A stretch of 64,000 bases of DNA from Alphaproteobacteria bacterium (GTDB lineage: Bacteria > Pseudomonadota > Alphaproteobacteria > CALKHQ01): contig CBDDFZ010000001.1 in NCBI GenBank assembly GCA_965227515.1, positions 1,248,001-1,312,000 on the forward strand, given 5' to 3'. Below, in pieces: positions 10,097 to 20,770 of the stretch (its first letter is position 1; every line of letters begins with the position of its first letter). Under the pieces are notes generated by a model that made no database searches, was not told the origin of the DNA, and worked only from the letters and a program-made list of their open reading frames with translations. Made by a program: the position numbers and the translations under genes.

Positions 10097-11233
10097 ATGG
10101 AAGCCCGCAACCGCGTCTACACCGCGCTGGGGTTGATGACCGGGACGTCGGTCGACGGCATCGACGCGGCGATCGTCCGCACCGACGGCGACCGCATGGT
10201 CGAGCGCGGCCACTGGTCCGGCGCACCGTTTCCGGACGGGCTGGAGGATCGGCTGCGAGCTGCCCTTGGCGCCACCGCGCCGACCCCGCAGATCGCGGCG
10301 CTGGAGACCGACTTCACCCGCGCTCACGCGCCGGTCGTGGCGGCGCTGATCGAGGCGGCCGGGCTGTCCGCGGGCGATATCGACGTCATCGGCTTCCACG
10401 GCCAGACCCTGTGGCATGACCCGGCCAACCGCCGCACCTGGCAGATCGGCGACGGCGCGTTGCTGGCGCGGCTGACAGGCATTCCGGTGGTCAACGAATT
10501 CAGGCTGGCCGATGTGGCGGCCGGCGGGCAGGGCGCGCCGTTCGCGCCGCTCTATCACGACGCGCTGGCCACCGGCCTGCCGCGCCCGCTGGCGGTGCTG
10601 AACCTGGGGGGCGTCGGCAACGTCACGCTGTTGCGTGCGGACGAACCGCCGCTCGCGTTCGACACCGGCCCGGCGAACGCGATGCTGGACGACTGGATGG
10701 CGGCGCGCACTGGCGCCTCGTGCGACCGCGACGGGAAGGCGGGCGCGGCGGGCACAGTCGACCGCGATCTGGTGGCCCGCTGGTGCGCCGATCCCTATTT
10801 CCGCCTGCCGGCACCGAAATCGCTGGACCGCAATGCCTTCGCCGTACCGGGGCTGGGCAGCCTGTCGACCGAGGATGGGGCTGCGACGCTGACCGCCTTC
10901 ACCGTCGCCAGCGTGGCGCTGGCCCGCGACCTGCTGCCGGAAGCGCCGGCGCGCTGGCTGGTCACCGGCGGCGGCCGGCACAACCTGACGATGATGGCGA
11001 TGCTGCGCGAGGCGCTGGGCGCGCCGGTCGACCCGGTCGAGGCGGTCGGCTGGGATGGGGATGCCATCGAGGCGCAGGCGTTCGCCTACCTCGCGGTCCG
11101 CAGCCTGAAAGGCCTGCCGCTGAGCGTGCCGTCCACGACCGGCGTACCCGCTGCGACCACCGGTGGCCGCGTGCACACGCCCGCGGGGTCCGCCTCCGGC
11201 GGCGGCGCCTACGCCAGCTCGGTCAGCCGCTGA
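10097..11233 (+). CDS. anmK: Anhydro-N-acetylmuramic acid kinase
   Basis: [45 protein letters not shown] and GGG.HN; divergent from tyrS. Confidence 0.95.
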   Translation: MEARNRVYTALGLMTGTSVDGIDAAIVRTDGDRMVERGHWSGAPFPDGLEDRLRAALGATAPTPQIAALETDFTRAHAPVVAALIEAAGLSAGDIDVIGFHGQTLWHDPANRRTWQIGDGALLARLTGIPVVNEFRLADVAAGGQGAPFAPLYHDALATGLPRPLAVLNLGGVGNVTLLRADEPPLAFDTGPANAMLDDWMAARTGASCDRDGKAGAAGTVDRDLVARWCADPYFRLPAPKSLDRNAFAVPGLGSLSTEDGAATLTAFTVASVALARDLLPEAPARWLVTGGGRHNLTMMAMLREALGAPVDPVEAVGWDGDAIEAQAFAYLAVRSLKGLPLSVPSTTGVPAATTGGRVHTPAGSASGGGAYASSVSR

Positions 11234-11856
11234 TCCAGATAGGTGTCGACGTGGCCGATCATCTCGGCCATGTGGTCGGAGAAATAGTGGTTCGCGCCGG
11301 GGATCACCTCGTGGGTGATGGTGATGCCGCGCTGCAGGTTCAGTTTCTCGACCAGCTTGGCGACGTCGTCCGGCGGCACGATATCGTCGCGGTCGCCGTT
11401 GACCATGATGCCCGAGGCCGGGCAGGGCGCCAGGAACGCGAAGTCGTAGAGATTGGCCGGCGGCGCCACCGAGATGAAGCCGCTGATCTCTGGCCGCCGC
11501 ATCAGTAGCTGCATGCCGATCCAGGCGCCGAACGAGAACCCGCCCACCCAGCAATTGCGGGCGTTGGGGTTGTAGGACTGCAGCCAGTCGAGCGCCGACG
11601 CCGCGTCCGACAGTTCGCCCTCGCCACGCGCATAGGTGCCCTGGCTGCGCCCTACGCCACGGAAATTGAACCTGAGCGTCGAGTATCCCCGCGAAACGAA
11701 GTTCTGGTACAGCGCATAGACCACCTTGTTGTGCATCGTGCCGCCATGCTGCGGGTGCGGGTGCAGCAACAACGCGACGGGTGCGTTCGGCTCCTTGCTG
11801 TGGTGGTACCGGCCCTCAAGGCGACCCTCGGGGCCGCTGATAATCACGTCAGGCAT
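11209..11856 (-). CDS. Alpha/beta hydrolase (conserved isc/suf-associated family)
   Basis: GPEGRLEGRY, HPHPQHGGTM, GFSFG nucleophile and GANHYF. Confidence 0.92.
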   Translation of the reverse strand: MPDVIISGPEGRLEGRYHHSKEPNAPVALLLHPHPQHGGTMHNKVVYALYQNFVSRGYSTLRFNFRGVGRSQGTYARGEGELSDAASALDWLQSYNPNARNCWVGGFSFGAWIGMQLLMRRPEISGFISVAPPANLYDFAFLAPCPASGIMVNGDRDDIVPPDDVAKLVEKLNLQRGITITHEVIPGANHYFSDHMAEMIGHVDTYLDQRLTELA

Positions 11857-12045
11857 GTTTGATGTGCGCCTCTTGGCATGTTCCTAAGGTCTCGCAGGCA
11901 GTGCGTAGCGTCACTCGATGGGCTGGTGGGTCTGTTGATCGCGCCGCCGCGTGGCCTATATGGTGCTTCCTGGGGTGCATGTGGTACCTGTTTGTCCAAT
12001 TATTGGCAAGCAAACGGCACTTTTTCGGCGGTCTGGGAGGACCCA

Positions 12046-12789
12046 ATGTTCACGCGCCTACGCGACGACATGCGCGCCATCCGGCAGCGCGATCCCGCCG
12101 CCCGGTCGACGATGTCGATCCTGTTCTGCTATCCCGGCCTGCATGCGCTGATCTTCTATCGCACGGCGAACCGCTTCTGGCGCTGGCGCTGGCGGTTCCT
12201 GGCGCGCTACGTCTCCGCCATCGGGCGCTGGATGACCGGCATCGAGATTCACCCCGGCGCCAAGATCGGCCGCGGCTTCTTCATCGACCACGGCATGGGC
12301 GTGGTGATCGGCGAGACCGCCGAGATCGGCGAGAACGTGACGCTGTATCACGGCGTCACCCTGGGCGGTGTCTCGCCGGCGGTGGACAGCCACGAGCAGC
12401 GCAACCAGAAGCGTCACCCGACGCTGGAGGACGGCGTCATCGTTGGCTCCGGCGCGCAGGTGCTTGGCCCCATCACGGTTGGTGCCGGCGCGCGGGTGGG
12501 CGCCAATGCGGTCGTCACCAAGGACGTGGCCCCGGCGACCACGGTGGTCGGCATTCCGGCCCGCCCGGTGAAGCGCGCGCAGGATTTGGATACGGCCTTC
12601 GCGCCCTATGGCACCCCGCTTGGCGACGTGCCCGACCCCTCGTCGCGGGCGATCGAGGGCCTGCTGGCGGAGATCGGCAAGCTCGGCGCCCGGGTGAAGG
12701 AGCTGGAAGACCAGGCGGCGGCCGGCAATGGCCGGTTCCCCGACGCCGACGCCGACCGCCCCGCAGGCACCCCGCGCCCCGATTGTTGA
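12046..12789 (+). CDS. cysE: Serine O-acetyltransferase
   Basis: [30 protein letters not shown], hexapeptide repeats and KRHPT. Confidence 0.95.
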   Translation: MFTRLRDDMRAIRQRDPAARSTMSILFCYPGLHALIFYRTANRFWRWRWRFLARYVSAIGRWMTGIEIHPGAKIGRGFFIDHGMGVVIGETAEIGENVTLYHGVTLGGVSPAVDSHEQRNQKRHPTLEDGVIVGSGAQVLGPITVGAGARVGANAVVTKDVAPATTVVGIPARPVKRAQDLDTAFAPYGTPLGDVPDPSSRAIEGLLAEIGKLGARVKELEDQAAAGNGRFPDADADRPAGTPRPDC

Positions 12790-12806
12790 GCTGGGGGCCT
12801 TTTTTC

Positions 12807-12892
12807 GTAGCCCGGGTGGAGCGTTGCGAAACCCGGGGCAATGCCACCGCCGCTGAAGGTCCCCGGGTTCCATTTCATTTCACCCGGGCTAC
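12807..12892. repeat. Inverted pair of GTAG-type REP elements (family A, copy 2)
   Basis: GTAGCCCGGGTGGAGCG...CACCCGGGCTAC with arms nearly identical to 8643-8730. Confidence 0.85.
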
Positions 12893-12913
12893 GCGACCGA
12901 GCAAGGCGTCGCG

Positions 12914-14014
12914 ATGACCCAACCCACCTACCTCGACTACAACGCGACCGCGCCGCTGCGGCCAGAGGCACGTCAAGCGATGACGGCGGCGTTCGACGTC
13001 TGCGGCAACCCGTCCTCGGTCCACGGTTTCGGTCGCGCGGCCCATGCGCTGGTCGAGGACGCCCGCGAGACCCTGGCTGACGCGCTGGGCGTCGCGGCGG
13101 CGAATGTCGTCTTTACCGGCGGCGGCACCGAGGCCAACAACGCAGCGCTGAGTGATACCAGCGGGCGGCCCCTCATCCTGAGCGCCATCGAGCACGACAG
13201 CGTCCGCGCGATGGCGACGGACCGGCCGGATGCGCATGTCGCGCCGGTGACGCCCAACGGCACGGTCGACCTGACCGCGCTGGAGGCCGTGCTCGACCGC
13301 TGTGACGGCCCGGCGGTTGTCGCGGTGATGGCGGCCAACAACGAGACCGGCGTGGTGCAGCCAATTGCCGAAATCGCCGCCCTCGTGCATGGGCGCGGCG
13401 GGCATCTGCATTGCGATGCCGTGCAGGCGTTCACCAAGATCGCCATGACGGACGCAGTGGCCGGCGCCGATACGCTGGCAGTCTCCGCCCACAAGTTCGG
13501 TGGGCCGCAGGGTGTCGGCGCCTTGGTGGTACGCGACGGCGTCTCGCTGCCGCCGCTGCTGCGCGGCGGCGGGCAGGAGCGGGGCCGGCGGGCCGGCACC
13601 CACAACGTCGCCGCCATCGCCGGCTTCGCCGCGGCGGTGAAGGCGGCGATAGCCGACGAGGGCCTGCCGCAGCGGCTCGCCGAACTGCGCGATGCGATGG
13701 AGGCGCGCATCTTGGCGGCGACCAATCGGGTCGAGGTGGTGGGTACCGCGTCGCCACGCCTGCCGAACACCTCGTGCCTGCTGCTGGACGGCATGTCCGC
13801 CGACATCCAGGTCATGCGGCTCGACCTCGCCGGGGTCGCGGTCAGTGCCGGGGCGGCCTGTTCCTCGGGCAAGATCGCGCCCAGCCACGTGCTCGCCGCC
13901 ATGGGCTATGACGACGCCGCGGCGGGGTCCGCCATCCGGGTCAGTCTGGGCTGGGCCACCACCGCCGACGACGTCGACCGGTTCGCGGATGCCTATCTCG
14001 CGCTGACGCGTTAG
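12914..14014 (+). CDS. Cysteine desulfurase (IscS/NifS-like)
   Basis: YLDYNATAP, GNPSSVH, NNETG, SAHKFGGPQG (PLP Lys) and SAGAACSSG (catalytic Cys). Confidence 0.92.
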   Translation: MTQPTYLDYNATAPLRPEARQAMTAAFDVCGNPSSVHGFGRAAHALVEDARETLADALGVAAANVVFTGGGTEANNAALSDTSGRPLILSAIEHDSVRAMATDRPDAHVAPVTPNGTVDLTALEAVLDRCDGPAVVAVMAANNETGVVQPIAEIAALVHGRGGHLHCDAVQAFTKIAMTDAVAGADTLAVSAHKFGGPQGVGALVVRDGVSLPPLLRGGGQERGRRAGTHNVAAIAGFAAAVKAAIADEGLPQRLAELRDAMEARILAATNRVEVVGTASPRLPNTSCLLLDGMSADIQVMRLDLAGVAVSAGAACSSGKIAPSHVLAAMGYDDAAAGSAIRVSLGWATTADDVDRFADAYLALTR

Positions 14015-14038
14015 CCATTGGCTAACGCGTTAGATGTC

Positions 14039-14124
14039 AAGTCTGCGCCGGCCCTCTCCCCCACCCGGCCACCCACGAAAGTATCCTGATTGGGTGGCCG
14101 GGTGGGGGAGAGGGCTGGTGCCGA
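14039..14124 (-). repeat. Long-hairpin intergenic repeat (family B, copy 1)
   Basis: About 30-bp stem including GCCCTCTCCCCCACCCGGCCACCCA and its reverse complement; other copies at 49752 and 51283. Confidence 0.85.
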
Positions 14125-14220
14125 TTTGGCGTTTACGCCCGACAACTCACCGAAACCGCCCTTGCCAATTCCGCCCCGCCTATTGTACGTCCGGCGCAGC
14201 CCGCCACCGGAGACGCCCGT

Positions 14221-14550
14221 ATGCCGAAAATGACGTTCATCAGCCCAGACGGCCGCCGCACCGAAGTCGATGCGCCGCTAGGCCTGTCGGTGCTGGAGAT
14301 CGCCCACCGCAACGGCATCGATATCGAAGGCGCCTGCGAGGGGTCGCTCGCCTGCTCCACCTGCCACGTGATCGTGGACAAGGACTGGTACAAGAAGCTT
14401 GAAGATGCCAGCGAGGACGAGGAGGACATGCTCGACCTCGCGTTCGGGCTGACCGCCACCTCGCGGCTGGGCTGCCAGATCATCATCACCGAGGAACTGG
14501 ACGGGCTCACCGTGCGTCTGCCCGACGAAGTCCGCAACATGATGGGTTGA
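14221..14550 (+). CDS. fdx: Adrenodoxin-type [2Fe-2S] ferredoxin (ISC type)
   Basis: [14 protein letters not shown]...EEDMLDLA...SRLGCQ. Confidence 0.95.
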   Translation: MPKMTFISPDGRRTEVDAPLGLSVLEIAHRNGIDIEGACEGSLACSTCHVIVDKDWYKKLEDASEDEEDMLDLAFGLTATSRLGCQIIITEELDGLTVRLPDEVRNMMG

Positions 14551-14622
14551 GGCGGGACTACGCATTCCTATGGGCCTCGATTGCCATGACCGAAGCCGCC
14601 TCGGGTGGTGAATCAACCAAAT

Positions 14623-14799
14623 TGACGCCCTCGGCCTTGTGCCGAGGGCCCATTGATGGGCTGTTCCCGGTGTCGAAGGCGATGCACATATCGCGCGTGC
14701 CACGGAACATCAATGATCTCCGTCGTAGACGCGTGCTGAACGGATTACGGCCCGCGTACTGGCCGCAAATGGGCCCTCGGCACAAGGCCGAGGGCATCA
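14623..14799. repeat. MITE/REP-like element with 32-bp terminal inverted repeats (family C variant)
   Basis: TGACGCCCTCGGCCTTGTGCCGAGGGCCCATT...AATGGGCCCTCGGCACAAGGCCGAGGGCATCA with one mismatch; a related arm lies at 43110. Confidence 0.8.
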
Positions 14800-14821
14800 T
14801 GTATTTCTTTTGGAAGTGGCG

Positions 14822-15520
14822 ATGACCGGCGGCCGGAACCAGCGCCTGTTCGAGCGCCTGCGCGACGGGTGTTCCGATGAATGGCGCGCCTATGTCGAGC
14901 ACCGCTTCGTGCGCGAAATGGCCGCCGGCACGCTGCCCGAGGCGGCGTTTCGCGCCTATCTGGTGCAGGACTACCTGTTCCTGATCCAGTTCGCGCGGGC
15001 CTACGCGCTGGCCGCCTTCAAGAGCGACCGGGTCGCGGACATGAAGAGTGCCGCGACCGGGCTCGACGCGATCCTCAACACCGAGATGGCCCTCCATGTC
15101 GGCTTCTGCGCCGACTGGGGCCTCAGCGAAGCGGACATGGCTGCCGCGCCCGAGCATTCGCACAACATCGCCTACACCCGCTATGTGCTGGACTGCGGCA
15201 TGGCTGGCGATTTGTTGGACATGCATGTCGCGCTGGCGCCCTGCATGGTCGGCTATGCCGAGATAGGCGCGCGGCTGGTCGCCGACCCGGCGACCGTGCG
15301 CGACGGCAATCCGTACTGGCGGTGGATCGAGACCTACGCCGCCGACGATTTCCAGGCGGTGGCGGCCGAGGAGCGGGCGATGCTCGACCGGCTGGCGGCG
15401 CGCACCGGCGTGGAGGCGCGGTTCGAGCGGCTGCAGGACATCTTCCGCACCGCGACCCGCCTGGAAGCCGGGTTCTGGCAAATGGGCTTAGACCTTCAGG
15501 ACGCGCCCCTAGCCTCCTGA
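14822..15520 (+). CDS. tenA: Thiaminase II / aminopyrimidine aminohydrolase
   Basis: H.FV.....GTL, YLVQDY.FL, YTRY, LAPC (catalytic Cys), NPY..WIETY and LE..FW. Confidence 0.92.
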   Translation: MTGGRNQRLFERLRDGCSDEWRAYVEHRFVREMAAGTLPEAAFRAYLVQDYLFLIQFARAYALAAFKSDRVADMKSAATGLDAILNTEMALHVGFCADWGLSEADMAAAPEHSHNIAYTRYVLDCGMAGDLLDMHVALAPCMVGYAEIGARLVADPATVRDGNPYWRWIETYAADDFQAVAAEERAMLDRLAARTGVEARFERLQDIFRTATRLEAGFWQMGLDLQDAPLAS

Positions 15521-15652
15521 CCTGAATCGCCTTGCCGTACCCGGCGGCGTCAATAAAATGTCATGCAGACTTTCAAATAAGGGTCACAATCCCCATATGG
15601 CGGGGTTCTGCCGAACGGCGTGATGTAGCAGAAGAACAGAAAAGCTGAAGAC

Positions 15653-17050
15653 ATGAGCGTCGCCTATTCACAGGATTTCAAGTCGCGCAGCCGCACCACC
15701 CGCCTGTTGCAGTCGCCCATCGGCGGCGCGATGACCGGCTGGTGGGTCGACGGCCCCGCGCTCCACACCGTGACCCGGCTGATGTTCCCGCTGAACCGCA
15801 TGTGGGCGGCGGCCAATCTGGTGGGCACCGATGTCGAGCGGTTCGCCGATACGGTGCCGGCGCGTTTCCCGGCCAGGGCCCAGCGGCAGATCGAGCGTGG
15901 CCTGGAGCGTATCGCGACCACCCGCGACGCCTTCGAGAACGCGCGCGCGGCGCACCGCGAGCTGTTCTGGGGCGCGGGCAGTGCCGACGAAGAGACATTG
16001 GTGGCAGCCGAGGATGCCAGGCTCGCCGCCAGCGACCGCTACATGGCGAGCCGGCTGGCGTTCTGGTCGTTGCGCCTGCGCACCCGGATCCCGGCGGTGC
16101 GCGACGAGGTCTGGTCGCCGGAGCGCCTGTTCGACAGGTTCGAGTCGGCCATCGCCGACCCGGCGGAGGTCTACGGCCTGCCGGACCTGCCCGACGTGCA
16201 GGCATCGCGGGCGCTTACCATCAATCCGACCCGGCGCGACTATTGGCTGACCTACCGCTCGCCGTCGCCTTTCATGAACGACATCGTCACCGCGCGGGTG
16301 CGCGAGCCCATCGGTGTCGACAACCCGCCGACGCTGATCTTCGGCTCCGGCGTCGGCATCGACACCGACCTGTCGACCGACCCGATCAACGACTACGACC
16401 ACTTCATCGCCCGCGGCGTGCGGGTGGTGGAACTGGAGACGCCGTGGCACTCGAACCGCTGCCTCGAGGGCTGGTGGTCGGGCGAACCGTTCTTCGGCCA
16501 GGCGCCGTTCGGGCCCATCGCGCTGTTCTCGGCCGAGGCGTTCGATTTCGCGACTCTCACCCGCTGGGCGCGCGGCAACAGCACCGGCGCGGTCGGCATC
16601 GGCGGGGTCAGCCTCGGCGCGCTGGCGGCCCAGATGGCCGCCTGCAATGCCGACCTGTGGCCCACGGTCATGCGGCCCGACGTGATGTTCCTGGTGACCG
16701 TGGCCGATGGCCTCGACCGCATGGTCTACGACAGCGCGATGGCGCGCACGCTCGGCATGCGCAAGTCGCTGGAGAAACACGGCTGGACCCGCGAACTGAT
16801 GGCGCGCCTGCGGCCGATTGCCGATCCGGTGCGCCCGCCGGCCATGAAGCCGGAGGACATCGTGATGGTGCTGGGCACCAAGGACACGGTGACGCCGTTC
16901 GAGCGTGGCATGGCCTGCGCCAAGGCGTGGGGCGTGCCGTCGGAGAACCTGTTCGTCAGCCGCCGTGGGCACTTCTCCGCGCCGCTGAACACCATCCGCG
17001 ACCACAGCGCGGTCGACCGCGTGGCGGCGCGGTTGCAGGCCGGCGCCTGA
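15653..17050 (+). CDS. Alpha/beta-hydrolase-fold protein with N-terminal extension
   Basis: GVSLG nucleophile elbow, Asp in KDTVT and His in GHF. Confidence 0.75.
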   Translation: MSVAYSQDFKSRSRTTRLLQSPIGGAMTGWWVDGPALHTVTRLMFPLNRMWAAANLVGTDVERFADTVPARFPARAQRQIERGLERIATTRDAFENARAAHRELFWGAGSADEETLVAAEDARLAASDRYMASRLAFWSLRLRTRIPAVRDEVWSPERLFDRFESAIADPAEVYGLPDLPDVQASRALTINPTRRDYWLTYRSPSPFMNDIVTARVREPIGVDNPPTLIFGSGVGIDTDLSTDPINDYDHFIARGVRVVELETPWHSNRCLEGWWSGEPFFGQAPFGPIALFSAEAFDFATLTRWARGNSTGAVGIGGVSLGALAAQMAACNADLWPTVMRPDVMFLVTVADGLDRMVYDSAMARTLGMRKSLEKHGWTRELMARLRPIADPVRPPAMKPEDIVMVLGTKDTVTPFERGMACAKAWGVPSENLFVSRRGHFSAPLNTIRDHSAVDRVAARLQAGA

Positions 17051-17084
17051 GCCGGCCGGGACCGCGGACAGGGCACCCGGCGAC

Positions 17085-18167
17085 GTGGCCGCGATAACCG
17101 ACACCACGACCGGGCTTTACCGCATTCCGCTGCCGGTGGTGCTGAGCGACAGCACCCATGGCGAGATGGCCGCGTTCGAGCTGGTGACGGCGCGGGTGCG
17201 CGATGCCGACGGCGTGGTCGGTGTCGGCTACACCTACACGGTCGGCCGCAATGGCACCGCGGTCGCGGCGACCGTTCGCGACGAGCTCGCCGAGCTGATC
17301 GCCGGCCAGGACGCAGACCTCATCGAACACCTCTGGCAGCGCATGTGGTGGGGCACCCATTATGGCGGGCGCGGCGGGGCCACCGTGCTGGCGATCTCCG
17401 CCGTCGACATCGCGCTGTGGGACCTGAAGGCCAAGCGCGCGAACACCGCGCTGTGGCGGCTGCTCGGCGGCTATGACCCGCGTGTGCCGTGCTATGCCGG
17501 CGGCATCGACCTGGAGCTGCCGCTGAACGACCTGCTGCGCCAGACCGATGGGAACCTGGAAAAGGGCTTTCGTGCCATCAAGATGAAGGTGGGCCGAGAA
17601 CGCCTGCGCGAGGACGTTGAGCGGGTGGCCGCCATGCGCGCGCATCTGGGCGACGGCTTCCCGCTGATGGTCGATGCCAACATGCGCTGGACGGTGGACC
17701 AGGCGATCCGCGCCGCCCGCGCGTTCGCCGACTATGACCTGACATGGCTGGAAGAGCCCATCGTGCCCGATGACGTCACCGGCCATGCGCGGGTGCGCGC
17801 CGAGGGCGGCCTGCCGATTGCGGCCGGCGAGAACCTGCGCACGGTGTGGGATTTCCGGCATCTGATCGCCGATGGCGGGGTCAGTTTCCCCGAGCCCGAC
17901 GTCACCAATTGCGGCGGCGTCAGCGGCTTCATGAAGATCGCGCGGCTGGCCGAGGCATTCAACCTGCCGGTCACCTCCCACGGCGCCCACGACATCACCG
18001 TGCAATTGCTTGCCGCCTGCCCCAACCGCTCTTATCTGGAAGCTCATGGTTTCGGCCTGGAGCGCTTCGTCACCCGGCCGTTCGAAATTGCCGACGGCAA
18101 GGCGATAGCGGCCGATGTGCCGGGCCACGGCGTGGATTTCGACTGGGAGGCGCTGGCTCGCCTCTAA
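17085..18167 (+). CDS. Mandelate racemase/muconate lactonizing enzyme family protein
   Basis: AISAVDIALWDL, KMK, MVDAN, WLEEP, AAGEN and PGHG. Confidence 0.92.
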   Translation: MAAITDTTTGLYRIPLPVVLSDSTHGEMAAFELVTARVRDADGVVGVGYTYTVGRNGTAVAATVRDELAELIAGQDADLIEHLWQRMWWGTHYGGRGGATVLAISAVDIALWDLKAKRANTALWRLLGGYDPRVPCYAGGIDLELPLNDLLRQTDGNLEKGFRAIKMKVGRERLREDVERVAAMRAHLGDGFPLMVDANMRWTVDQAIRAARAFADYDLTWLEEPIVPDDVTGHARVRAEGGLPIAAGENLRTVWDFRHLIADGGVSFPEPDVTNCGGVSGFMKIARLAEAFNLPVTSHGAHDITVQLLAACPNRSYLEAHGFGLERFVTRPFEIADGKAIAADVPGHGVDFDWEALARL

Positions 18168-18186
18168 CAGCCGCGGAGGCGACGAG

Positions 18187-19131
18187 ATGGTGTCCAAGAA
18201 CGAGCGGTGGCCCGACCTGGGCGCGACCGACTGGTCCGCTACCCGCACGGCGCTGCACCTCTATCTTCAGGTCGTCGGCAAGTACAAGCTGGCGCGCACG
18301 CCGTGGCTCAACCACTCGTGGCATGCGACGCTGCGGGTCACGGCGCGCGGCCTGACCACCATGCTGCTCGACGACGACGGGCTCGGCGTCGAGGTGATCT
18401 TCGATCTTTCGGCGGATCATGTCGTGGTCGAGACATCGGCCGGCGCGCGCGAGACGGTGCCGCTCGACGAAACGTCGGTGGCGTCGTTTCACCAGGCATT
18501 TCGGCATGCGCTCCGCACGGTCGGCGCCAACGATCGTTTTCACGGCACACCGAACGAGATCCCGGACCCGGTGCCCTTCGCCGAGGATCGCGCCGCGCGG
18601 CCCCATGACGGCGATGCGGTGCGACGGCTTCATCGCGCGCTGGTCTCGGCCAACGCCGTCATGGAGCGGTTCCGCACCGGCTTCATCGGCAAGTCGAGCC
18701 CGGTCCACCTGTTCTGGGGCAGTTTCGACCTGGCGGTGACCCGGTTCTCCGGCCGACCGGCACCGCTGCATCCGGGCGGCATTCCCGCTCTGCCCGACGA
18801 GGTCACGCGAGAGGCCTACAGCCACGAGGTGGCGTCTGCCGGCTTCTGGCCCGGTGGCGGCCCGGTGGAGGACGCGGCGTTCTACGCCTACGCCTACCCT
18901 ACGCCGGACGGCTTCGCGGCCGCCAAGATGTCGGTGTCGGACGCGTATTTCCACGAGGGGGCGGGCGAGTTCATCCTGCCCTATGCGGCGGTGGCCGGCG
19001 CCCAAGACCCGGAGGGGACGTTGCTCGCCTTCCTCAGCAATACGTTCGATGCGGCGGCGGACCTGGCCGGCTGGGATCGAGACCGCCTGATCTGCGATAT
19101 CGGCGCGCCGCTGGTGCCGCGCGCGCTATAG
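18187..19131 (+). CDS. DUF5996 family protein
   Basis: LHLYLQVVGK, NHSWH, F.GKSSPVH.FWGSFDLA and EAYSHEV.SAGFWPGG. Confidence 0.85.
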   Translation: MVSKNERWPDLGATDWSATRTALHLYLQVVGKYKLARTPWLNHSWHATLRVTARGLTTMLLDDDGLGVEVIFDLSADHVVVETSAGARETVPLDETSVASFHQAFRHALRTVGANDRFHGTPNEIPDPVPFAEDRAARPHDGDAVRRLHRALVSANAVMERFRTGFIGKSSPVHLFWGSFDLAVTRFSGRPAPLHPGGIPALPDEVTREAYSHEVASAGFWPGGGPVEDAAFYAYAYPTPDGFAAAKMSVSDAYFHEGAGEFILPYAAVAGAQDPEGTLLAFLSNTFDAAADLAGWDRDRLICDIGAPLVPRAL

Positions 19132-19147
19132 GGCCTGGGCCGCGCCG

Positions 19148-20770
19148 TCAGACGCCGCGGCTGGTCAGGATCTCGTCGAGTTGGCAGGTGACACGACCGA
19201 CGAGTTGGTCCGGGGCCGCATAGGCTGAGGCATTGGCCAGCCGCGTGTTCGGGTGCCAGGGCCGGCGGTCGGTCACGCCCAGATTGGACCAGTCGACACC
19301 GCGCACCACCCGGATCGCCGGCACCCCGAGCCCACCGGCCAGTTCGCATACCGCGGTCGGGCCGGCGACCAGTGCATCCAGGCACGTCAGCATTGCTGCG
19401 AGCCCGTTCAGATCCTCGAACACGTCCAGGTCCGCCGGATCGATCATGTCGACCGCATTGTCGGCGGCGAACCGGCTGAGTTCCTCGGCCGCCTCGCCGT
19501 ATTGCAGGTTGACGAAACGCAGGCCGGGCCGCTGCAGCAGCGGCAGCCATGCCGACAGCGGGCAGGCGAGCTTGGCACGCACGCCGTCGCTCACGCCACT
19601 GCGCCAGCAGAACCCGACCAGCGCTTGCGCCTCACCGGGGGCCTGCGCGTCGCGCCAGGCACGCCAATGGTCGACCTTCGCCGGGTCGGCGATCAGATAT
19701 GAGGGCGCGGACGGGAATGCGTCGATGCTGGGGCGGCACAGCCCGGGCAGGCTGCCGGCGGCAATGACGGAGTCGACCGACACCTGGGCCAGCCAGGGTC
19801 GGTGCGACAGCCGGATCTGACCGTCGGACGTGACCCGGTTCGGCCGCACTTCGCAGGTCGGGAACGAGCGCACGAACAGGTGCGCCAGCCGCGGGTCGCA
19901 CTCCAGCACGATGGTGGTGCGCTGCCAGCGGTCGATCAGGTCCGGGATGCAGCTTGCGAACAACAGCTCGTCGCCGACGCCTTGCTCGGCTGCGACCAGC
20001 AGACGGCGACCGGGGTCGCTCTTGCCATCCCAGACCGGCAGGTCGCCCGGCAGCCGAACCGCGTTCGCCACCTGGTGGCGGGCTTCCAGCAGCGCCCACC
20101 CCTTGGCCAGATCGCCGCGATGCAGGCTGAGCTGCCCCAAATTGACCGAGGCGCCGGCATGGGCCGGGTCGGCGGCCATGGCGGTTTCCAGCGCGTCGAC
20201 GGCCTCGTCGATGCGCTCGCACGACCACAGCAGGGTGCCGCGATTGTTGTGGGCGGCGGCAAATGTCGGCGACGCGGCGATGGCGGCGTCGAAGGCGCGC
20301 ATGGCTGCCGCTTCCTCGCCGCGCTCCTGCAGCAGCACGCCCATGTTGTTGTGGGCGTTCGGATCGTCGGGCGCGATGGAGATGGCGGCCCGGTAGCTCG
20401 CCAGAGCGCCCACGTCGTCTCCCAATGCCGCACGCAAGAGGCCAAGGTCGTTGTGAACCGTCGCATCGTTCGGGCTCAGTGCGGCGGCGCTGGTCAGCGC
20501 CTCGCAGGCGGCCGCGATGTCGCCGCACGCCTTGTGCAATTCGGCCAGGTTCTTGTGGTAGACCGCCGCCTCCGGGCGCCATTCGATGGCGCGCATGATC
20601 AAGGCGATGCCGAACGGCGTCTTACCCATCTGGTGGGCCAGCACGCCGGTCAGGTGCAGCACCTCCGGGTCTTCGGGCTTGGCCGCCAGCATGCATTGAT
20701 ATGCGGTCAGCGCCTCGTTCAGCCGGCCGGCGCGGTGCAGCCCCAGGGCCTGTTCCAGCGCGACCGTCAT
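19148..20770 (-). CDS. TPR + GT-B glycosyltransferase, FlmG-like (paralog 3)
   Basis: TPRs, then WDG, AEQGVGDE, LF.RSFP, GFCWRS, FVNLQYG, DL..LAA and RPWHP. Confidence 0.8.
   Translation of the reverse strand: MTVALEQALGLHRAGRLNEALTAYQCMLAAKPEDPEVLHLTGVLAHQMGKTPFGIALIMRAIEWRPEAAVYHKNLAELHKACGDIAAACEALTSAAALSPNDATVHNDLGLLRAALGDDVGALASYRAAISIAPDDPNAHNNMGVLLQERGEEAAAMRAFDAAIAASPTFAAAHNNRGTLLWSCERIDEAVDALETAMAADPAHAGASVNLGQLSLHRGDLAKGWALLEARHQVANAVRLPGDLPVWDGKSDPGRRLLVAAEQGVGDELLFASCIPDLIDRWQRTTIVLECDPRLAHLFVRSFPTCEVRPNRVTSDGQIRLSHRPWLAQVSVDSVIAAGSLPGLCRPSIDAFPSAPSYLIADPAKVDHWRAWRDAQAPGEAQALVGFCWRSGVSDGVRAKLACPLSAWLPLLQRPGLRFVNLQYGEAAEELSRFAADNAVDMIDPADLDVFEDLNGLAAMLTCLDALVAGPTAVCELAGGLGVPAIRVVRGVDWSNLGVTDRRPWHPNTRLANASAYAAPDQLVGRVTCQLDEILTSRGV

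Noticed and set aside
14551-14821. TPP riboswitch upstream of tenA
   Set aside because: No CTGAGA or ACCTGA core motifs are present. The structure is explained by the inverted-repeat element.
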